Shown one piece after another: positions 18,101 to 28,646 of a stretch of 64,000 nt of DNA (positions are counted from its first letter, which is position 1; every line of letters begins with the position of its first letter). Both the position numbers and the translations under genes were made by a program. Where the stretch lies: the NCBI GenBank assembly GCA_965206745.1, contig OZ242220.1, positions 1,312,001-1,376,000 on the forward strand, in the 5' to 3' direction. The notes below the pieces were generated by a model that saw nothing but the letters and a program-made list of their open reading frames with translations, was not told the origin of the DNA and did no database searches. Source of the stretch: Nitrosopumilus sp. (GTDB lineage: Archaea; Thermoproteota; Nitrososphaeria; Nitrososphaerales; Nitrosopumilaceae).

Positions 18101-18837
18101 CTTTGATCCCCTCCCTTTCCAAAGTATTTGTCATTAAGTGCCTTTTTTTGTAATTCGTAAACGAGTTTGCAGCCTTGCACCCCGACATCTACACATTTCT
18201 TGTACTCCTCAGGGCTCAAAACCCCATCTAGTTGCAACAGGGTGATTTTTTCAAGACTTGGCATGTATCCAATTGGCATATCTGCCTGGCCTGCCTGATC
18301 CTCCTCATTGTTAACATCAAGAACTATAGTGTCTGCGACCTTGCCAGATGCAATTGCTGCAACCATGTCCCTCATCGGGATTCCGGCATCAGCTAGTGCG
18401 ACAGAAGCTGCAGTAAGTGCAGCACATCTTGTTCCGCCATCGGCTTGTAATACTTCAATGAACACGTCAACTGCGGTTCTTGGAAATTTATGTAATATCA
18501 CTGCAGGTTCCAAAGCTTCCTTGATTACTTTGGAGATTTCAATCTCCCGTCTTGATGGTGCGGGATTTTTTCTCTCTCCAACTGAGAATGGCTCCATATG
18601 GTATCGGACACGCAGGATTCCAGTGTCAGTGTTTGACATGTGCTTTGGGTGCACGTCCCTTGGACCAAAAACCCCAACTAGAATTTTATTATCGCCAAAT
18701 TCGATATAGGCCGAACCGTCAGCATTTTTGAGTCCGCCTGCCTTGATCATGATTCTACGTGGCTCGTCTATTTTACGACCGTCACAGCGTATACCATTCT
18801 CGTCCAAGAGGACCATTGTTGCGTCTCGTCCGCCCAT
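18097..18837 (-). CDS. rrp41: exosome complex exonuclease Rrp41
   Basis: ADGSAYIEFG, RREIEISKVI, QADGGTR. Confidence 0.97.
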   Translation of the reverse strand: MGGRDATMVLLDENGIRCDGRKIDEPRRIMIKAGGLKNADGSAYIEFGDNKILVGVFGPRDVHPKHMSNTDTGILRVRYHMEPFSVGERKNPAPSRREIEISKVIKEALEPAVILHKFPRTAVDVFIEVLQADGGTRCAALTAASVALADAGIPMRDMVAAIASGKVADTIVLDVNNEEDQAGQADMPIGYMPSLEKITLLQLDGVLSPEEYKKCVDVGVQGCKLVYELQKKALNDKYFGKGGDQS

Positions 18838-19520
18838 TATGTTTCATTATCCTTTATTTCTAACATTTCTTTTACCTGATCAGTCAAATTAGCAATGTGT
18901 GCCTTTTGGTTAATCATTTCAATGGCTTTTTTCGCCTTTAATAATCCCTCGGGAGATTCACAGGAGACCACTATCCAGCCATTCTGGCCAATGGTAACTG
19001 CTGCGTTTGTAGCCATTTCTATCATCTGAATCATGCTTCCCCGCTTTCCAATTAGGCGTGGAACCTTGCTTGGGGAGATCTTTACCAAGTCACCAGAGTC
19101 GATTTGGCCCAAATCCCTATCAGAGATGGTGATTAGTGGATCACGTGTCCTATCAAAATTGGCTATTCTTGCAGCCACCAGATCGCCGGATTTTAGTTTG
19201 GTTGCAAGCTCATCGGCATGGGCAGAAAAATCTCGTCCAAAAACATCCTGTGCCGGCAGGAATCCAACATAGCACGAGTTGATATCAAGCTCCCAAGACA
19301 GGGAAGTGTGGGAGATTACTTTGGCAATTACTAAATCGTCAATCTTTGGAATGTATTTTCCAGTTAAAGGGATGACTCGTACAGAGTCATCATAAATTTC
19401 AGAGATACCAATGGCAGTAGAGACTATCTTCTCGCCTTCCAGAATCACATTTTGTTCTGGTCTAAGTGGCCCCGAAGTTACAACGTCGCCTGGAATGACA
19501 TATTTTCTCCTGTTATCCAT
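18837..19520 (-). CDS. rrp4: exosome RNA-binding protein Rrp4
   Basis: S1 plus KH domain (KVPRLIGKRGSMI, GQNGWI). Confidence 0.96.
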   Translation of the reverse strand: MDNRRKYVIPGDVVTSGPLRPEQNVILEGEKIVSTAIGISEIYDDSVRVIPLTGKYIPKIDDLVIAKVISHTSLSWELDINSCYVGFLPAQDVFGRDFSAHADELATKLKSGDLVAARIANFDRTRDPLITISDRDLGQIDSGDLVKISPSKVPRLIGKRGSMIQMIEMATNAAVTIGQNGWIVVSCESPEGLLKAKKAIEMINQKAHIANLTDQVKEMLEIKDNET

Positions 19521-20206
19521 TACTGAATTACCTCAACTGAGGCAGAGCCCTTGGTTATAGAACCTAGTCTGTCTATCACATTTGGTCTTGCCGGAGCGGG
19601 TATTTCAAGTATTGCTTTTAGAGAACCGTTATTTTGCCATTCTTCGGATTTTAGGGAACCCACAGACTTTAGCACCGCATATGACTGCGATGCAAACTGT
19701 GCCGGAACTGTGATCTCCAATTGCAGGCTCTCTGTTTTTAGTGCAATAATAGAGCGCAGCTGGTCGACAACATCTTTGACCTGCTCATCGACGCTCTTTT
19801 GCGGATCAACTAAAACCCGCCCATCTTTCATGGCCTGCTCAATTCTTAGGGGAGGGTGAGGCAGGTGTGATTTAGGATCCACAAAGGTTTTGGCAATATA
19901 TGTGACAATCTGCCTCCTCTTGTCTTCGACCATCTTCCTCCTCTGATCAGTTGTAAGATTCAGATCACCTTTCTCAAGTATAATCTGAGCAATCAGGGTT
20001 TGATCCTCGGTTTTGAATGCCTTGAGCAACTTCTCTGAAGAGGGTCTTGTGCCCTTGCCTGAATCAGTGTAAATCTCATCAGATACCAATACTAGAGAGA
20101 TGTCTTTTTTCTTGCCCATCTTGTAATCTAGTGCAGGATCTGGCTTTACCATAATCTCAAATTTTTCCCCCTCAAAGGAATATTTGACTAGTGTTACATC
20201 AACCAT
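19520..20206 (-). CDS. ribosome maturation factor SBDS/Sdo1
   Basis: GEKFEI, LTTDQRR, PHPPLRIEQAM. Confidence 0.95.
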   Translation of the reverse strand: MVDVTLVKYSFEGEKFEIMVKPDPALDYKMGKKKDISLVLVSDEIYTDSGKGTRPSSEKLLKAFKTEDQTLIAQIILEKGDLNLTTDQRRKMVEDKRRQIVTYIAKTFVDPKSHLPHPPLRIEQAMKDGRVLVDPQKSVDEQVKDVVDQLRSIIALKTESLQLEITVPAQFASQSYAVLKSVGSLKSEEWQNNGSLKAILEIPAPARPNVIDRLGSITKGSASVEVIQ

Positions 20207-20293
20207 CTTAACAGTAGTAAGGAGGATTTGCTATTTATCTATACGTAAGACTAGCTAGATTTTTATGTGGACTTTGAAGATTTTCTTCAAGAT

Positions 20294-20932
20294 TTGTCAT
20301 CCTTGGAGGTAATTAGTAAAGATAATCAAAAGATATCTGTAAAGCTGAAAGGCATTCCATTACAGTACGCAAATGCACTCAGACGCGTATGCCTTAACGG
20401 AGTCCCAGTTTTTGCAATTGATACTGTGGATATTATTGAAAACTCTTCTGTATTGCCAGACGAGGGGCTGGCTCACAGATTGGGACTTGTTCCATTAACC
20501 ACGGATTTGAGCAGATTCAACGAGCCATCAAAGTGCCAATGCCAAAGCGAGACAGGGTGCTCAAACTGCAAAGTAATGCTGGTTCTAGATTCAGGAGACT
20601 CTGATGTTACACGAAGCGTTCTCTCAAACGAGTTATCCTCAGAGGACGACTCGATAAAGCCAACCTCAGAGAAGATCCCCATAGTCCAACTGGCACCGGG
20701 TCAGAGAATCAAGATCGAGTGCTATGCCAGATTGGGACGCGGAACCGAGCATGCAAAGTGGAATTCTGCAAACATTTCAATACTTACAGATACAGAGAAA
20801 GAGGACATCAAGGTCCTGACTGTAGAATCAACAGGAGCGCTCAACCCTGAGCAGATCATCATCTCAGGAGTAGACGAGGTCAGCAACAGAATAGGTCAAT
20901 TCAAAGAAATGATTGATCAAGTTGAAGCATGA
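20294..20932 (+). CDS. rpoD: DNA-directed RNA polymerase subunit D (Rpo3)
   Basis: ANALRR, ENSSVLPDEGLAHRLGLVPL, GTEHAKW; start uncertain (20267 or 20294). Confidence 0.96.
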   Translation: MSSLEVISKDNQKISVKLKGIPLQYANALRRVCLNGVPVFAIDTVDIIENSSVLPDEGLAHRLGLVPLTTDLSRFNEPSKCQCQSETGCSNCKVMLVLDSGDSDVTRSVLSNELSSEDDSIKPTSEKIPIVQLAPGQRIKIECYARLGRGTEHAKWNSANISILTDTEKEDIKVLTVESTGALNPEQIIISGVDEVSNRIGQFKEMIDQVEA

Positions 20933-20977
20933 TTCAAGCATAGGCATTATATTTGGGTTTCAAACCGCATTATTCAC

Positions 20978-21325
20978 ATGACTAATCAAGTCGTTATACG
21001 CATGGCAAAGGATCTAAAGAAGGCATCTACCAAAAATGATGCCCCAATCTGGGCCAAATTAGCCCAATATGCGTTAAAACCATCCATTGCCAGAAGGGAT
21101 CTAAACCTGAATAGGATCAATGAACTAACCAAAGAGGATGACATCGTGGTATTTCCAGGCAAGGTTCTCGGAACAGGCAAAATTTCCCATAAAATTACAC
21201 TGTTCTCTTTCTCAATTTCAAACTCTGCTGCAAACAAGATTACTGAAAATGGCGGAAAGCTGATCAGTTATCAGGATTTGATTGAACAAAACCCAACGGG
21301 AAAGGGAGTGGTTCTGCTTGGCTAA
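20978..21325 (+). CDS. rpl18e: 50S ribosomal protein L18e
   Basis: APIW, VFPGKVLGTG, NPTGKGV. Confidence 0.96.
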   Translation: MTNQVVIRMAKDLKKASTKNDAPIWAKLAQYALKPSIARRDLNLNRINELTKEDDIVVFPGKVLGTGKISHKITLFSFSISNSAANKITENGGKLISYQDLIEQNPTGKGVVLLG

Positions 21326-21782
21326 ACAAGAGATCGTCGTACGAGTAGACAGGCCAATTGTTGTGGATGCAACGAATCACATTGCCGGAAGACTGGCATC
21401 AAATGTTGCAAAATTACTGATGCAGGGAAACAGAGTATCAGTTGTAAATTGTGAAAAAATCATGATGAGCGGAACAAGAAGCAACCAGATTAAAGAATAC
21501 AGGGAATTTTTAGAGATTAACAGCATCATCAATTACAAACACGGGCCAGTCCACTACAGAAGGCCTGACACGCTGATGGCAAAAATGATTCGCCAGATGC
21601 TCCCATACGATAGAAAGCCATCAGGGAAGGCAGCGCACCAGAGACTCAGAACATACATCGGATCACCCAAGGAGATCAAGTCGATTGGAAAAATTCAATT
21701 TGAAAAAGCAAAGATTACAAGGGCTCCATCAAACTATACCGCATTAGGGGAGCTGTGTAAAGTGATAGGGTGGACTACATGA
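21318..21782 (+). CDS. rpl13: 50S ribosomal protein L13
   Basis: VVDATNHIAGRLAS, GPVHYRRPD. Confidence 0.96.
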   Translation: MAKQEIVVRVDRPIVVDATNHIAGRLASNVAKLLMQGNRVSVVNCEKIMMSGTRSNQIKEYREFLEINSIINYKHGPVHYRRPDTLMAKMIRQMLPYDRKPSGKAAHQRLRTYIGSPKEIKSIGKIQFEKAKITRAPSNYTALGELCKVIGWTT

Positions 21783-22228
21783 CGACTCCAAAGACTGAGA
21801 TTTATTTTGCAACAAGAAAGACGGCCAGCGCCCATGTTTACATCACCAAAGGAAAGGGCAAGGTCAGGATTAACAACGTTCCAGTAGAGATGATTCCGCA
21901 GGAGACTGCCCGTGAAGTAATCCTGGTGCCATTAGAAATTACAGGTGATCTCAGAGGCAAGATAGATATCTCCGTAAGAGTAAGGGGCGGAGGATGCATG
22001 GGTCAGGCAAGTGCAATAGCAACCGGAATTTCAAGAGCCCTAACAGGATGGACAAAATCCAAAAAAGAGCCAAGAGATCACCCTTTCCCAAAATCAACTA
22101 GAGAGGATCTACGAAAACGAATCACTGATTTTGATAAATATCTAGTCAGTGGGGATGCCAGAAGAAAGGAACCAAAAAAGTTTGGTGGACCCGGTGCAAG
22201 AAGAAGAAAGCAGAAATCATACCGTTAG
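21779..22228 (+). CDS. rps9: 30S ribosomal protein S9
   Basis: RRKEPKKFGGPGARRRKQKSYR C-terminus. Confidence 0.97.
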   Translation: MTTPKTEIYFATRKTASAHVYITKGKGKVRINNVPVEMIPQETAREVILVPLEITGDLRGKIDISVRVRGGGCMGQASAIATGISRALTGWTKSKKEPRDHPFPKSTREDLRKRITDFDKYLVSGDARRKEPKKFGGPGARRRKQKSYR

Positions 22229-22231
22229 GCT

Positions 22232-22951
22232 GTGAAGGCTGTAATTCTTGCAGGAGGCAAGGCAACTAGAGGCAAACCGTACACGGAATACTTTCCAAAA
22301 GCAATGACTCCAGTCAACGGAAAGCCATTAATCGATTACATTTTCAGATACCTAAAATCATCTAGCCTCATTGACGAGGTAATCATCATATCGGATTTTG
22401 ACGGCCTGGGCGGACAGATAAAAAACTATTACGGGAACCAGGACGGCATCACATTTGTTCAGGATTCGCAAAGTGGGACAGGGGGGGACCTGCTTCACAT
22501 TGCAAAGAATCTCAGAGATGAATCAGAGTTCGTATTATGGTTTGTAGATAACCTGTGCGCAGTTGATCTAAATGAGATGATAAAGTTTTTCAAAGAGAAG
22601 AAGAGTTTGGCATGCATTGCAACTAGGACCAAAAGAAGGGAGGAGACGGGATTTGCAACGGTTCAGGACGGAATCATAAAAGAGTTCAAGGAAAAACCAG
22701 TAATGGAGCTACCGTCATCAGAATGCCTGGGAATCTACATTCTGGGAAGAGGCATCATAAATAAGATAGAGTCAAAGCAGGGACAAGAAGAGATCAATCT
22801 CTCATTTGATATCTTGCAGGAATTGTCAAGGGAAGGGAAGGTTAGCGCCTTTGACATAGGCAAGAAGGAATGGATAGATGCAGAATCGCCGATGGTGCTA
22901 GAAAGGAATGAAAAGGCAGTAGGGAAGATCATAAGAGAGATGGGATTTTAG
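22232..22951 (+). CDS. sugar-phosphate nucleotidyltransferase family protein
   Basis: MKAVILAGGKATR..P.T..PKAM, EFKEKP. Confidence 0.9.
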   Translation: MKAVILAGGKATRGKPYTEYFPKAMTPVNGKPLIDYIFRYLKSSSLIDEVIIISDFDGLGGQIKNYYGNQDGITFVQDSQSGTGGDLLHIAKNLRDESEFVLWFVDNLCAVDLNEMIKFFKEKKSLACIATRTKRREETGFATVQDGIIKEFKEKPVMELPSSECLGIYILGRGIINKIESKQGQEEINLSFDILQELSREGKVSAFDIGKKEWIDAESPMVLERNEKAVGKIIREMGF

Positions 22952-23513
22952 ACTCTCTCTCAAACTTGGAAATTCTATCTTCGTATTGGAACGTAAGTGC
23001 AATGTCATCTAGTCCTTCCAGAAGGATTTTTTTCTGGTATGAATCCATCCTAAAAGGTATTTGATCCAAGGGGGTTTTGATGACTTGGTTCTCCAAATCT
23101 ATCTCAACTGTACCGGTCTCTTCAAGTAGTTTCTCCACGATTTTTTGGTCCAACGTGATGGGCAAAAGACCGTTTTTGAAGCAGTTGCTAAAAAAGATAT
23201 CCGCAAATGAGGGGGCTATGACTGCAGAAAATCCATAGTCAAGCAAGGCCCAGACAGCATGTTCGCGGCTAGACCCGCATCCAAAGTTGTCGCCAGTCAC
23301 GAGAATCTTGGAATTTCTGTACTGGGGATTATTCAAGACAAAGTCAGATTTCTCATTCTTTTGCTGATCGTATCTCCAGTCAAAAAACAGGAATTTTCCA
23401 AATCCGGATTTCTGGACCAGCTTTAGGAATTGCTTTGGCACTATTTGGTCCGTATCCACATTGACCTTGTCAAGGGGAGTCACGATGCTAGATACTCTTT
23501 TGAATGGTTCCAT
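22929..23513 (-). CDS. leuD: 3-isopropylmalate dehydratase small subunit
   Basis: [29 protein letters not shown]. Confidence 0.95.
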   Translation of the reverse strand: MEPFKRVSSIVTPLDKVNVDTDQIVPKQFLKLVQKSGFGKFLFFDWRYDQQKNEKSDFVLNNPQYRNSKILVTGDNFGCGSSREHAVWALLDYGFSAVIAPSFADIFFSNCFKNGLLPITLDQKIVEKLLEETGTVEIDLENQVIKTPLDQIPFRMDSYQKKILLEGLDDIALTFQYEDRISKFERESKIPSLL

Positions 23514-23514
23514 G

Positions 23515-24930
23515 CTAACTCAGATCCATCTCCCTGACATCAACAAAATGGCCATGAATTGCAGCAGCTGCTGCCATCACAGGGCTTACCAGATGCGTTC
23601 TCCCTCCTGTTCCCTGTCTGCCTTCAAAATTTCTGTTTGACGTGCTTGCGCACCGCTCACCGGGAGACAAGATATCAGGATTCATTCCAAGACACATGCT
23701 GCAACCAGACTCCCGCCATTGAAAATTGGCATCGGTGAAGATCTTGTCCAGCCCCATCTCCTCGGCCTGTCTTTTCACCATTTGCGACCCAGGTACCACC
23801 ATTGCCTGCACATCAGAGGAGATCTTTTGGCCCCGGATCACCTTGGATGCCTCAATGAGATCCTCTAGTCGGGCATTGGTGCATGAGCCAATAAAGACGC
23901 GGTCAATTTTGATATCTTTAATCAAGGTGCCAGGCTCCAAGGCCATATAGTCAAGTGCCTTCTGTGCCCCCCTTCTTTGGTTGGGATCGCCTTTGGAAAA
24001 CTCATCGGGGGACGGGATGGCATCTGTGACATCGCATGTCATGCCAGGATTGGTCCCCCAGCTTACCTGTGGGGCAATCTCACCGAGGTGCAAAGTGAAC
24101 TGTCTCTCAAACTTTGCATCACTGTCAGTCCTGAGATGATCCCTCCAGGAATCAACTAACGACTCGTAGTTCTTTGGGGTGTACTCCCTATCCCTTAGAT
24201 ACTCGAATGTCTTCTCATCAGGTGCAATCAGGCCTGCGCGGGCACCTGCCTCAATAGACATGTTACAGATCGTCATTCGCTGCTCCATGGAAAGATCAGT
24301 GATTCCCTCACCGCGATATTCGATTACCGAGCCATTTCCCCCGCCGGTGCCGATATTTTTGATGATTGATAGCACAATATCTTTGGCAGTCACGGCGTGG
24401 GGGTTTTTTCGCTTTCCCTCCACCCTGATTTCAAAGGGCTTTGGTTTCTCCAACCACATGGTTTGAGATGCCAAGACATGCTCAACATCACTGGTTCCAA
24501 TACCCAGGGCCAGCGCCCCAAAGGCACCGTGTGTGGATGTATGACTGTCACCGCAGACAATTGTGGAGCCAGGCAGCGTTATCCCCAGCTGGGGGCCGAT
24601 AACATGGACGATGCCTTGGTTGGGGCTGTCAATGTCAAATAATTTTATCCCAAAGTCCTTGCAGTTTTTTTCCAAAGTCTTGATCTGTACAGAGGAGGTC
24701 TGATCCAAGATGGGAAGGGAGCGGTCAGTTGTGGCAACATTGTGATCCATCGTAGCGATGGTAAGATCAGGCCGCCGGACTTTTCTGCCACCCATACGCA
24801 GTCCCTCAAAAGCCTGAGGTGATGTTACTTCATGAACAAGATGCCTGTCTATGTAGATCAATGAGGGACTGTCTTGTTTTTCAACAACGATGTGAGATTC
24901 CCAGATCTTCTCAAAGAGAGTCCGTCCCAT
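23515..24930 (-). CDS. leuC: 3-isopropylmalate dehydratase large subunit
   Basis: [47 protein letters not shown]. Confidence 0.95.
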   Translation of the reverse strand: MGRTLFEKIWESHIVVEKQDSPSLIYIDRHLVHEVTSPQAFEGLRMGGRKVRRPDLTIATMDHNVATTDRSLPILDQTSSVQIKTLEKNCKDFGIKLFDIDSPNQGIVHVIGPQLGITLPGSTIVCGDSHTSTHGAFGALALGIGTSDVEHVLASQTMWLEKPKPFEIRVEGKRKNPHAVTAKDIVLSIIKNIGTGGGNGSVIEYRGEGITDLSMEQRMTICNMSIEAGARAGLIAPDEKTFEYLRDREYTPKNYESLVDSWRDHLRTDSDAKFERQFTLHLGEIAPQVSWGTNPGMTCDVTDAIPSPDEFSKGDPNQRRGAQKALDYMALEPGTLIKDIKIDRVFIGSCTNARLEDLIEASKVIRGQKISSDVQAMVVPGSQMVKRQAEEMGLDKIFTDANFQWRESGCSMCLGMNPDILSPGERCASTSNRNFEGRQGTGGRTHLVSPVMAAAAAIHGHFVDVREMDLS

Positions 24931-24931
24931 T

Positions 24932-25423
24932 TTAATCCTGATCTGGCCTGTACTTGAAAAGTCCGCCTGCGGCAATTATTTTCCCGATAATTTCTGAAAA
25001 CGGCTTCATTTTGTATGTCTGATTTTTGGTAATGTTTTTAATTTCATTTGCAGTGACGTCGATTTCTATCTGATCTTCTTGGGAGATTCCCTCATAAGCG
25101 TCCTGTCCTATTTCAATAGGCAACAAGAATGCACCATCCACGGAATTCCTGTAAAAGATCCTTGCAAAAGACAATGCAAGGACGGCCTTTATTCCGCAAT
25201 GGGACAGTGCTATTGGGGCGTGTTCGCGAGAAGAACCGCATCCAAAATTTTTGCCAGATAAGATAAAATCGCCCTCTTTTACCTTGGAGTGAAAGTCAGG
25301 GTCCAGTCCCTCCATTGCATGCGTTGCAAGCTCTGCATAATCATGTATCTTGAGATACTGGCCCGGAATTATCACATCAGTGTCAATGTTGTCCCTAGCG
25401 TATTTTATGACGTTGCCTCTCAT
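24932..25423 (-). CDS. aconitase-family small subunit (homoaconitase HacB/LeuD-like)
   Basis: [25 protein letters not shown]; TAATG overlap with the large subunit. Confidence 0.88.
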   Translation of the reverse strand: MRGNVIKYARDNIDTDVIIPGQYLKIHDYAELATHAMEGLDPDFHSKVKEGDFILSGKNFGCGSSREHAPIALSHCGIKAVLALSFARIFYRNSVDGAFLLPIEIGQDAYEGISQEDQIEIDVTANEIKNITKNQTYKMKPFSEIIGKIIAAGGLFKYRPDQD

Positions 25424-26691
25424 TACAAGTCCCTCGGATCGGTGATTTTGCCAGTAACGGCAGATGCCGCTGCCACCAGCGGGGATGCAAGGTATGTTTG
25501 AGATTCCACATGGCCCATCCTGCCAGGAAAGTTTCTGTTTGTGGTGCTTATGCATATCTCATCTTTTGCCAAGACTCCCATGTGTGCACCACAGCAGGCC
25601 CCGCAGGTCGGAGGCCCAACAGTAACTCCGGCATCCAAGAAAATTTTCAACAGCCCGTTCTCCATGGCCCTCCGATAAATTGAGATTGCAGCAGGCAGGA
25701 CTTCGGTCCTAATCTTTACCTTTCGTCCCTTGAGGACTCTTGCCGCAGCTTCCAAATCTTCGTATTTTGCCCCGGTACAAGAACCGATGTAGGACTTGTC
25801 AAGGTCTACAGAGGGGGCCTCCCTAACAACGCACGTGTTGTCAGGAGAGAATGGTTTTGCAACAGTTGGCTCCATTTCGGAACTTTCAAATTCAAACACC
25901 TTTGCATACTCTGCATCATCATCGCCTTTTATCAAATTCATGCTAGTTGCGCCCCTCCGGGTAAGGTAATCCACAACTTTTTGATCCGGCTCAACAATGC
26001 CGTTCTTTGCACCTGCCTCAGTAGTCATATTGCACAGGGTCAGTCTGCTTTCAACTGACATCTCATCGATGCCGCTTCCCCCAAACTGCATCGTTTGATA
26101 CGCACCACCGTCGGTTCCTATCTCCCCGATGATCTTTAGAATCAAGTCTTTTGCCATCACATGATCAGGCAACCTTCCATTTAGCTTAAAGTAGTAGGTC
26201 TGAGGAACCTTGAACCAAATCTGTCCGTACAGTAAGACATAGGCTATGTCAGTGTGTCCCAGACCGCAGGCAAAAGCACCCAAGGCGCCAGTAGTGTTAG
26301 TGTGAGAATCCCCGCCAACATAGACATCCCCAGGCATCACCATCGCCTCCTCATGGGATATGGTATGACAAATTCCATACTGGCCCATTCCATATTTGAA
26401 ATGTTTCTCAATTCCGTAGTGCTTGGTAAAGTTGGATAGTTTTACAATATTTTCAGCAGATATCTTTTCTGCCGATGGGACAAAGTGATCCTCTGCAACC
26501 CAAACCTTGCTTGAATCCCATAATTTATCCACTGAGATTCCCTGCTTTTTTAATTTGTCAAATACCTTGATCACACCAGGTCCTGAGACATCATGCATCA
26601 TGACCTTGTCAACCTTGGCAAAAACCACGTCATCTGGGGCAACTGAGGACTTTGCTGCTCCACGAGCAAGAATCTTCTCAACTATATTCAT
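25423..26691 (-). CDS. aconitase-family large subunit (homoaconitase HacA/LeuC-like, archaeal type)
   Basis: MNIVEKILA, GDSHT, IGSCT, CGACCG, STTNRNFPGRMG. Confidence 0.9.
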   Translation of the reverse strand: MNIVEKILARGAAKSSVAPDDVVFAKVDKVMMHDVSGPGVIKVFDKLKKQGISVDKLWDSSKVWVAEDHFVPSAEKISAENIVKLSNFTKHYGIEKHFKYGMGQYGICHTISHEEAMVMPGDVYVGGDSHTNTTGALGAFACGLGHTDIAYVLLYGQIWFKVPQTYYFKLNGRLPDHVMAKDLILKIIGEIGTDGGAYQTMQFGGSGIDEMSVESRLTLCNMTTEAGAKNGIVEPDQKVVDYLTRRGATSMNLIKGDDDAEYAKVFEFESSEMEPTVAKPFSPDNTCVVREAPSVDLDKSYIGSCTGAKYEDLEAAARVLKGRKVKIRTEVLPAAISIYRRAMENGLLKIFLDAGVTVGPPTCGACCGAHMGVLAKDEICISTTNRNFPGRMGHVESQTYLASPLVAAASAVTGKITDPRDL

Positions 26692-26996
26692 AATGAAAAA
26701 AGCTTGCTCTAGAGATTAAAAGCTTTTCAGAATCCAAGAGTAGAGTTTCCCAGCAGCCATACTGCGCTTTATTATAGAGATCGATTCCCGAGGAGGGATT
26801 CCTCAGAGAATCAGCCTTGAAAATGACTGGAAATTGGCCATTTTTTGCAAGCAGGCATTTTTGCAGGACTGGACAGACATCTACCATGTCATACCAGTGT
26901 GATCTAAAATTTCGCCCATCCCATTCCGTTACAGGATACTGCAGGAATTCCAAATTATTCACAACAATAAAAAAGAAAGGAGACACGCCAGATACT

Positions 26997-27773
26997 GTGC
27001 AATTAACGGTTTTTCCGCTTTTGGCAGAAAGGAAGGAGGCAGAATTTGATGTTTTTGAAACATTGCTAAAAACACTGAAAGGCAACAGTGCAGTCTTGGA
27101 AGAGGGAGATGTTTTGGTAATATCTACAAAGTACATCTCAAATGCACAGGGAAGGGTCGTAGATCTGGAAAGAGTTGCAGTTTCCAAAGAAGGCACCAAG
27201 GTTTCAAAAGAGTATCAGATAAAATCAGGGATGGCAGAGCTAGTCATCAGGGAGTCAGATAAGATTTTTGGAGGCATTGGAGGATTTGTAATTACATCAT
27301 CAGATAACATCATGGCGCCCAACGCAGGTATTGACAAATCAAATGCAAAAAAGGGCAGGGCCATACTATACCCAACTAACCCGTACCTTACTGCAGAGGA
27401 GATTCGCAGGAAAATTTTCTTGAAATTCCTCATCCACGTGGGAGTAATCCTCGTAGACAGCAGGCTAATGCCGGCAAGGATTGGGACGTCAGGTGTTGCA
27501 GTAGCTTGTGCGGGAATAGAGCCTGTACTGGATATGCGAGCAAAAAAAGATCTAGATGGCAATCCATTAAAGGTTACATTTCAAGCAGTAGTGGACAATC
27601 TTGCCACGATTGCAAATTACAAGATGGGTGAGGGTGCCGAATCAAAGCCGTTTGCGATAGTCAGAGACTCAGAGGCGGTTCTCACAGATAGAAAAATCAA
27701 CCCATCAGAGATGGCAATTTCGCCTGATCAATGCGTTTACGTAAGAGGACTATCAAATCCCCCAAAATTTTAA
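26997..27773 (+). CDS. cofE: coenzyme F420-0:L-glutamate ligase
   Basis: GDVLVISTK, PNAGIDKSN, GTSGVA, MGEGAE; start corrected to GTG 26997. Confidence 0.9.
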   Translation: MQLTVFPLLAERKEAEFDVFETLLKTLKGNSAVLEEGDVLVISTKYISNAQGRVVDLERVAVSKEGTKVSKEYQIKSGMAELVIRESDKIFGGIGGFVITSSDNIMAPNAGIDKSNAKKGRAILYPTNPYLTAEEIRRKIFLKFLIHVGVILVDSRLMPARIGTSGVAVACAGIEPVLDMRAKKDLDGNPLKVTFQAVVDNLATIANYKMGEGAESKPFAIVRDSEAVLTDRKINPSEMAISPDQCVYVRGLSNPPKF

Positions 27774-27837
27774 ACCTGTATTCTGTAATATTATCAGGAG
27801 CTAACGCAGAGAGTTTTCTATTCTTTTTAAATGAATT

Positions 27838-28011
27838 TCAGTATTCTTGTTGTCTACACAAGGTATCGATTTTAACACTCATCATTTTTGTGCCTTTTGA
27901 TAATCTGTTTAATTCTTTATCCATTGCGGTTAATTTACTATACTTAACCAGAGTCTGTTTTTCCAGATTAGATATTTTCTTGATTAGAGTCTGGTTTTGG
28001 GCTCTGGTCAC
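27838..28011 (-). pseudogene. short coiled-coil ORF, probably frameshifted or decayed
   Basis: MTRAQNQTLIKKISNLEKQTL...KIDTL continues in another frame as VDNKNTEIHLKRIENSLR*LLIILQNTG. Confidence 0.35.
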
Positions 28012-28090
28012 AAAAGGTGATCAGATCACTATTTGTGAATAGTGTAAAATCTGGTTCTGCTTTAAATAGAGGAATTTACTGTGAAAGGTA

Positions 28091-28645
28091 ATGGAGTACC
28101 TGACGACGTATCCCAAAACGGTGTCGTTCTTTGACGGAATCAAACACAAGATTAATGTGGATAGCAAGGATGGCGTAGAACAACTCCATATCGTAGTTAG
28201 GAAGAGTTTTGAGGAGCTGACAAAAATCTTTGCGTCTGAAGGCTTTACCAAGGTCAAACTCGAACACAAACAGCCAGATCAAATTGGGAGTGGCCTAAAC
28301 CTGAAATTGAAAAAACCATGGGAGATGCACATCAGAATGGTTGATTTAAAGAAAGGGCTGATAGGCATTCATGCAGAAGTAGAAGTATCAAGGGACTACT
28401 TGCAGCACCTGTTTTCTCAGAGAACACCGGTGGTTTATGAAGTAGAAGAAATTTTGAAAAAGTATCAAGTGGATTACAATATTTGGCACGACAAGATTAA
28501 GAAAAATGTCAATGCCATCGTGGACAATTACAAAGTAAAACTTGCAACTCCCAGCATTCCGGTGTTTGCATGGAAGCCGATGCTGTTTGTCATTGGCACC
28601 ATTGCGGCATTTTATGGTTGGAAGTACTTTAACACGATCTGGTAG
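28091..28645 (+). CDS. conserved hypothetical protein with C-terminal TM helix
   Basis: 184-aa ORF ending in a hydrophobic helix. Confidence 0.8.
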   Translation: MEYLTTYPKTVSFFDGIKHKINVDSKDGVEQLHIVVRKSFEELTKIFASEGFTKVKLEHKQPDQIGSGLNLKLKKPWEMHIRMVDLKKGLIGIHAEVEVSRDYLQHLFSQRTPVVYEVEEILKKYQVDYNIWHDKIKKNVNAIVDNYKVKLATPSIPVFAWKPMLFVIGTIAAFYGWKYFNTIW

Positions 28646-28646
28646 A

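Noticed and set aside
26678-27199. 173-aa minus-strand ORF and the 60-aa N-terminal extension of cofE
   Set aside because: Antisense shadow and non-protein-like sequence; CofE similarity begins near GTG 26997.
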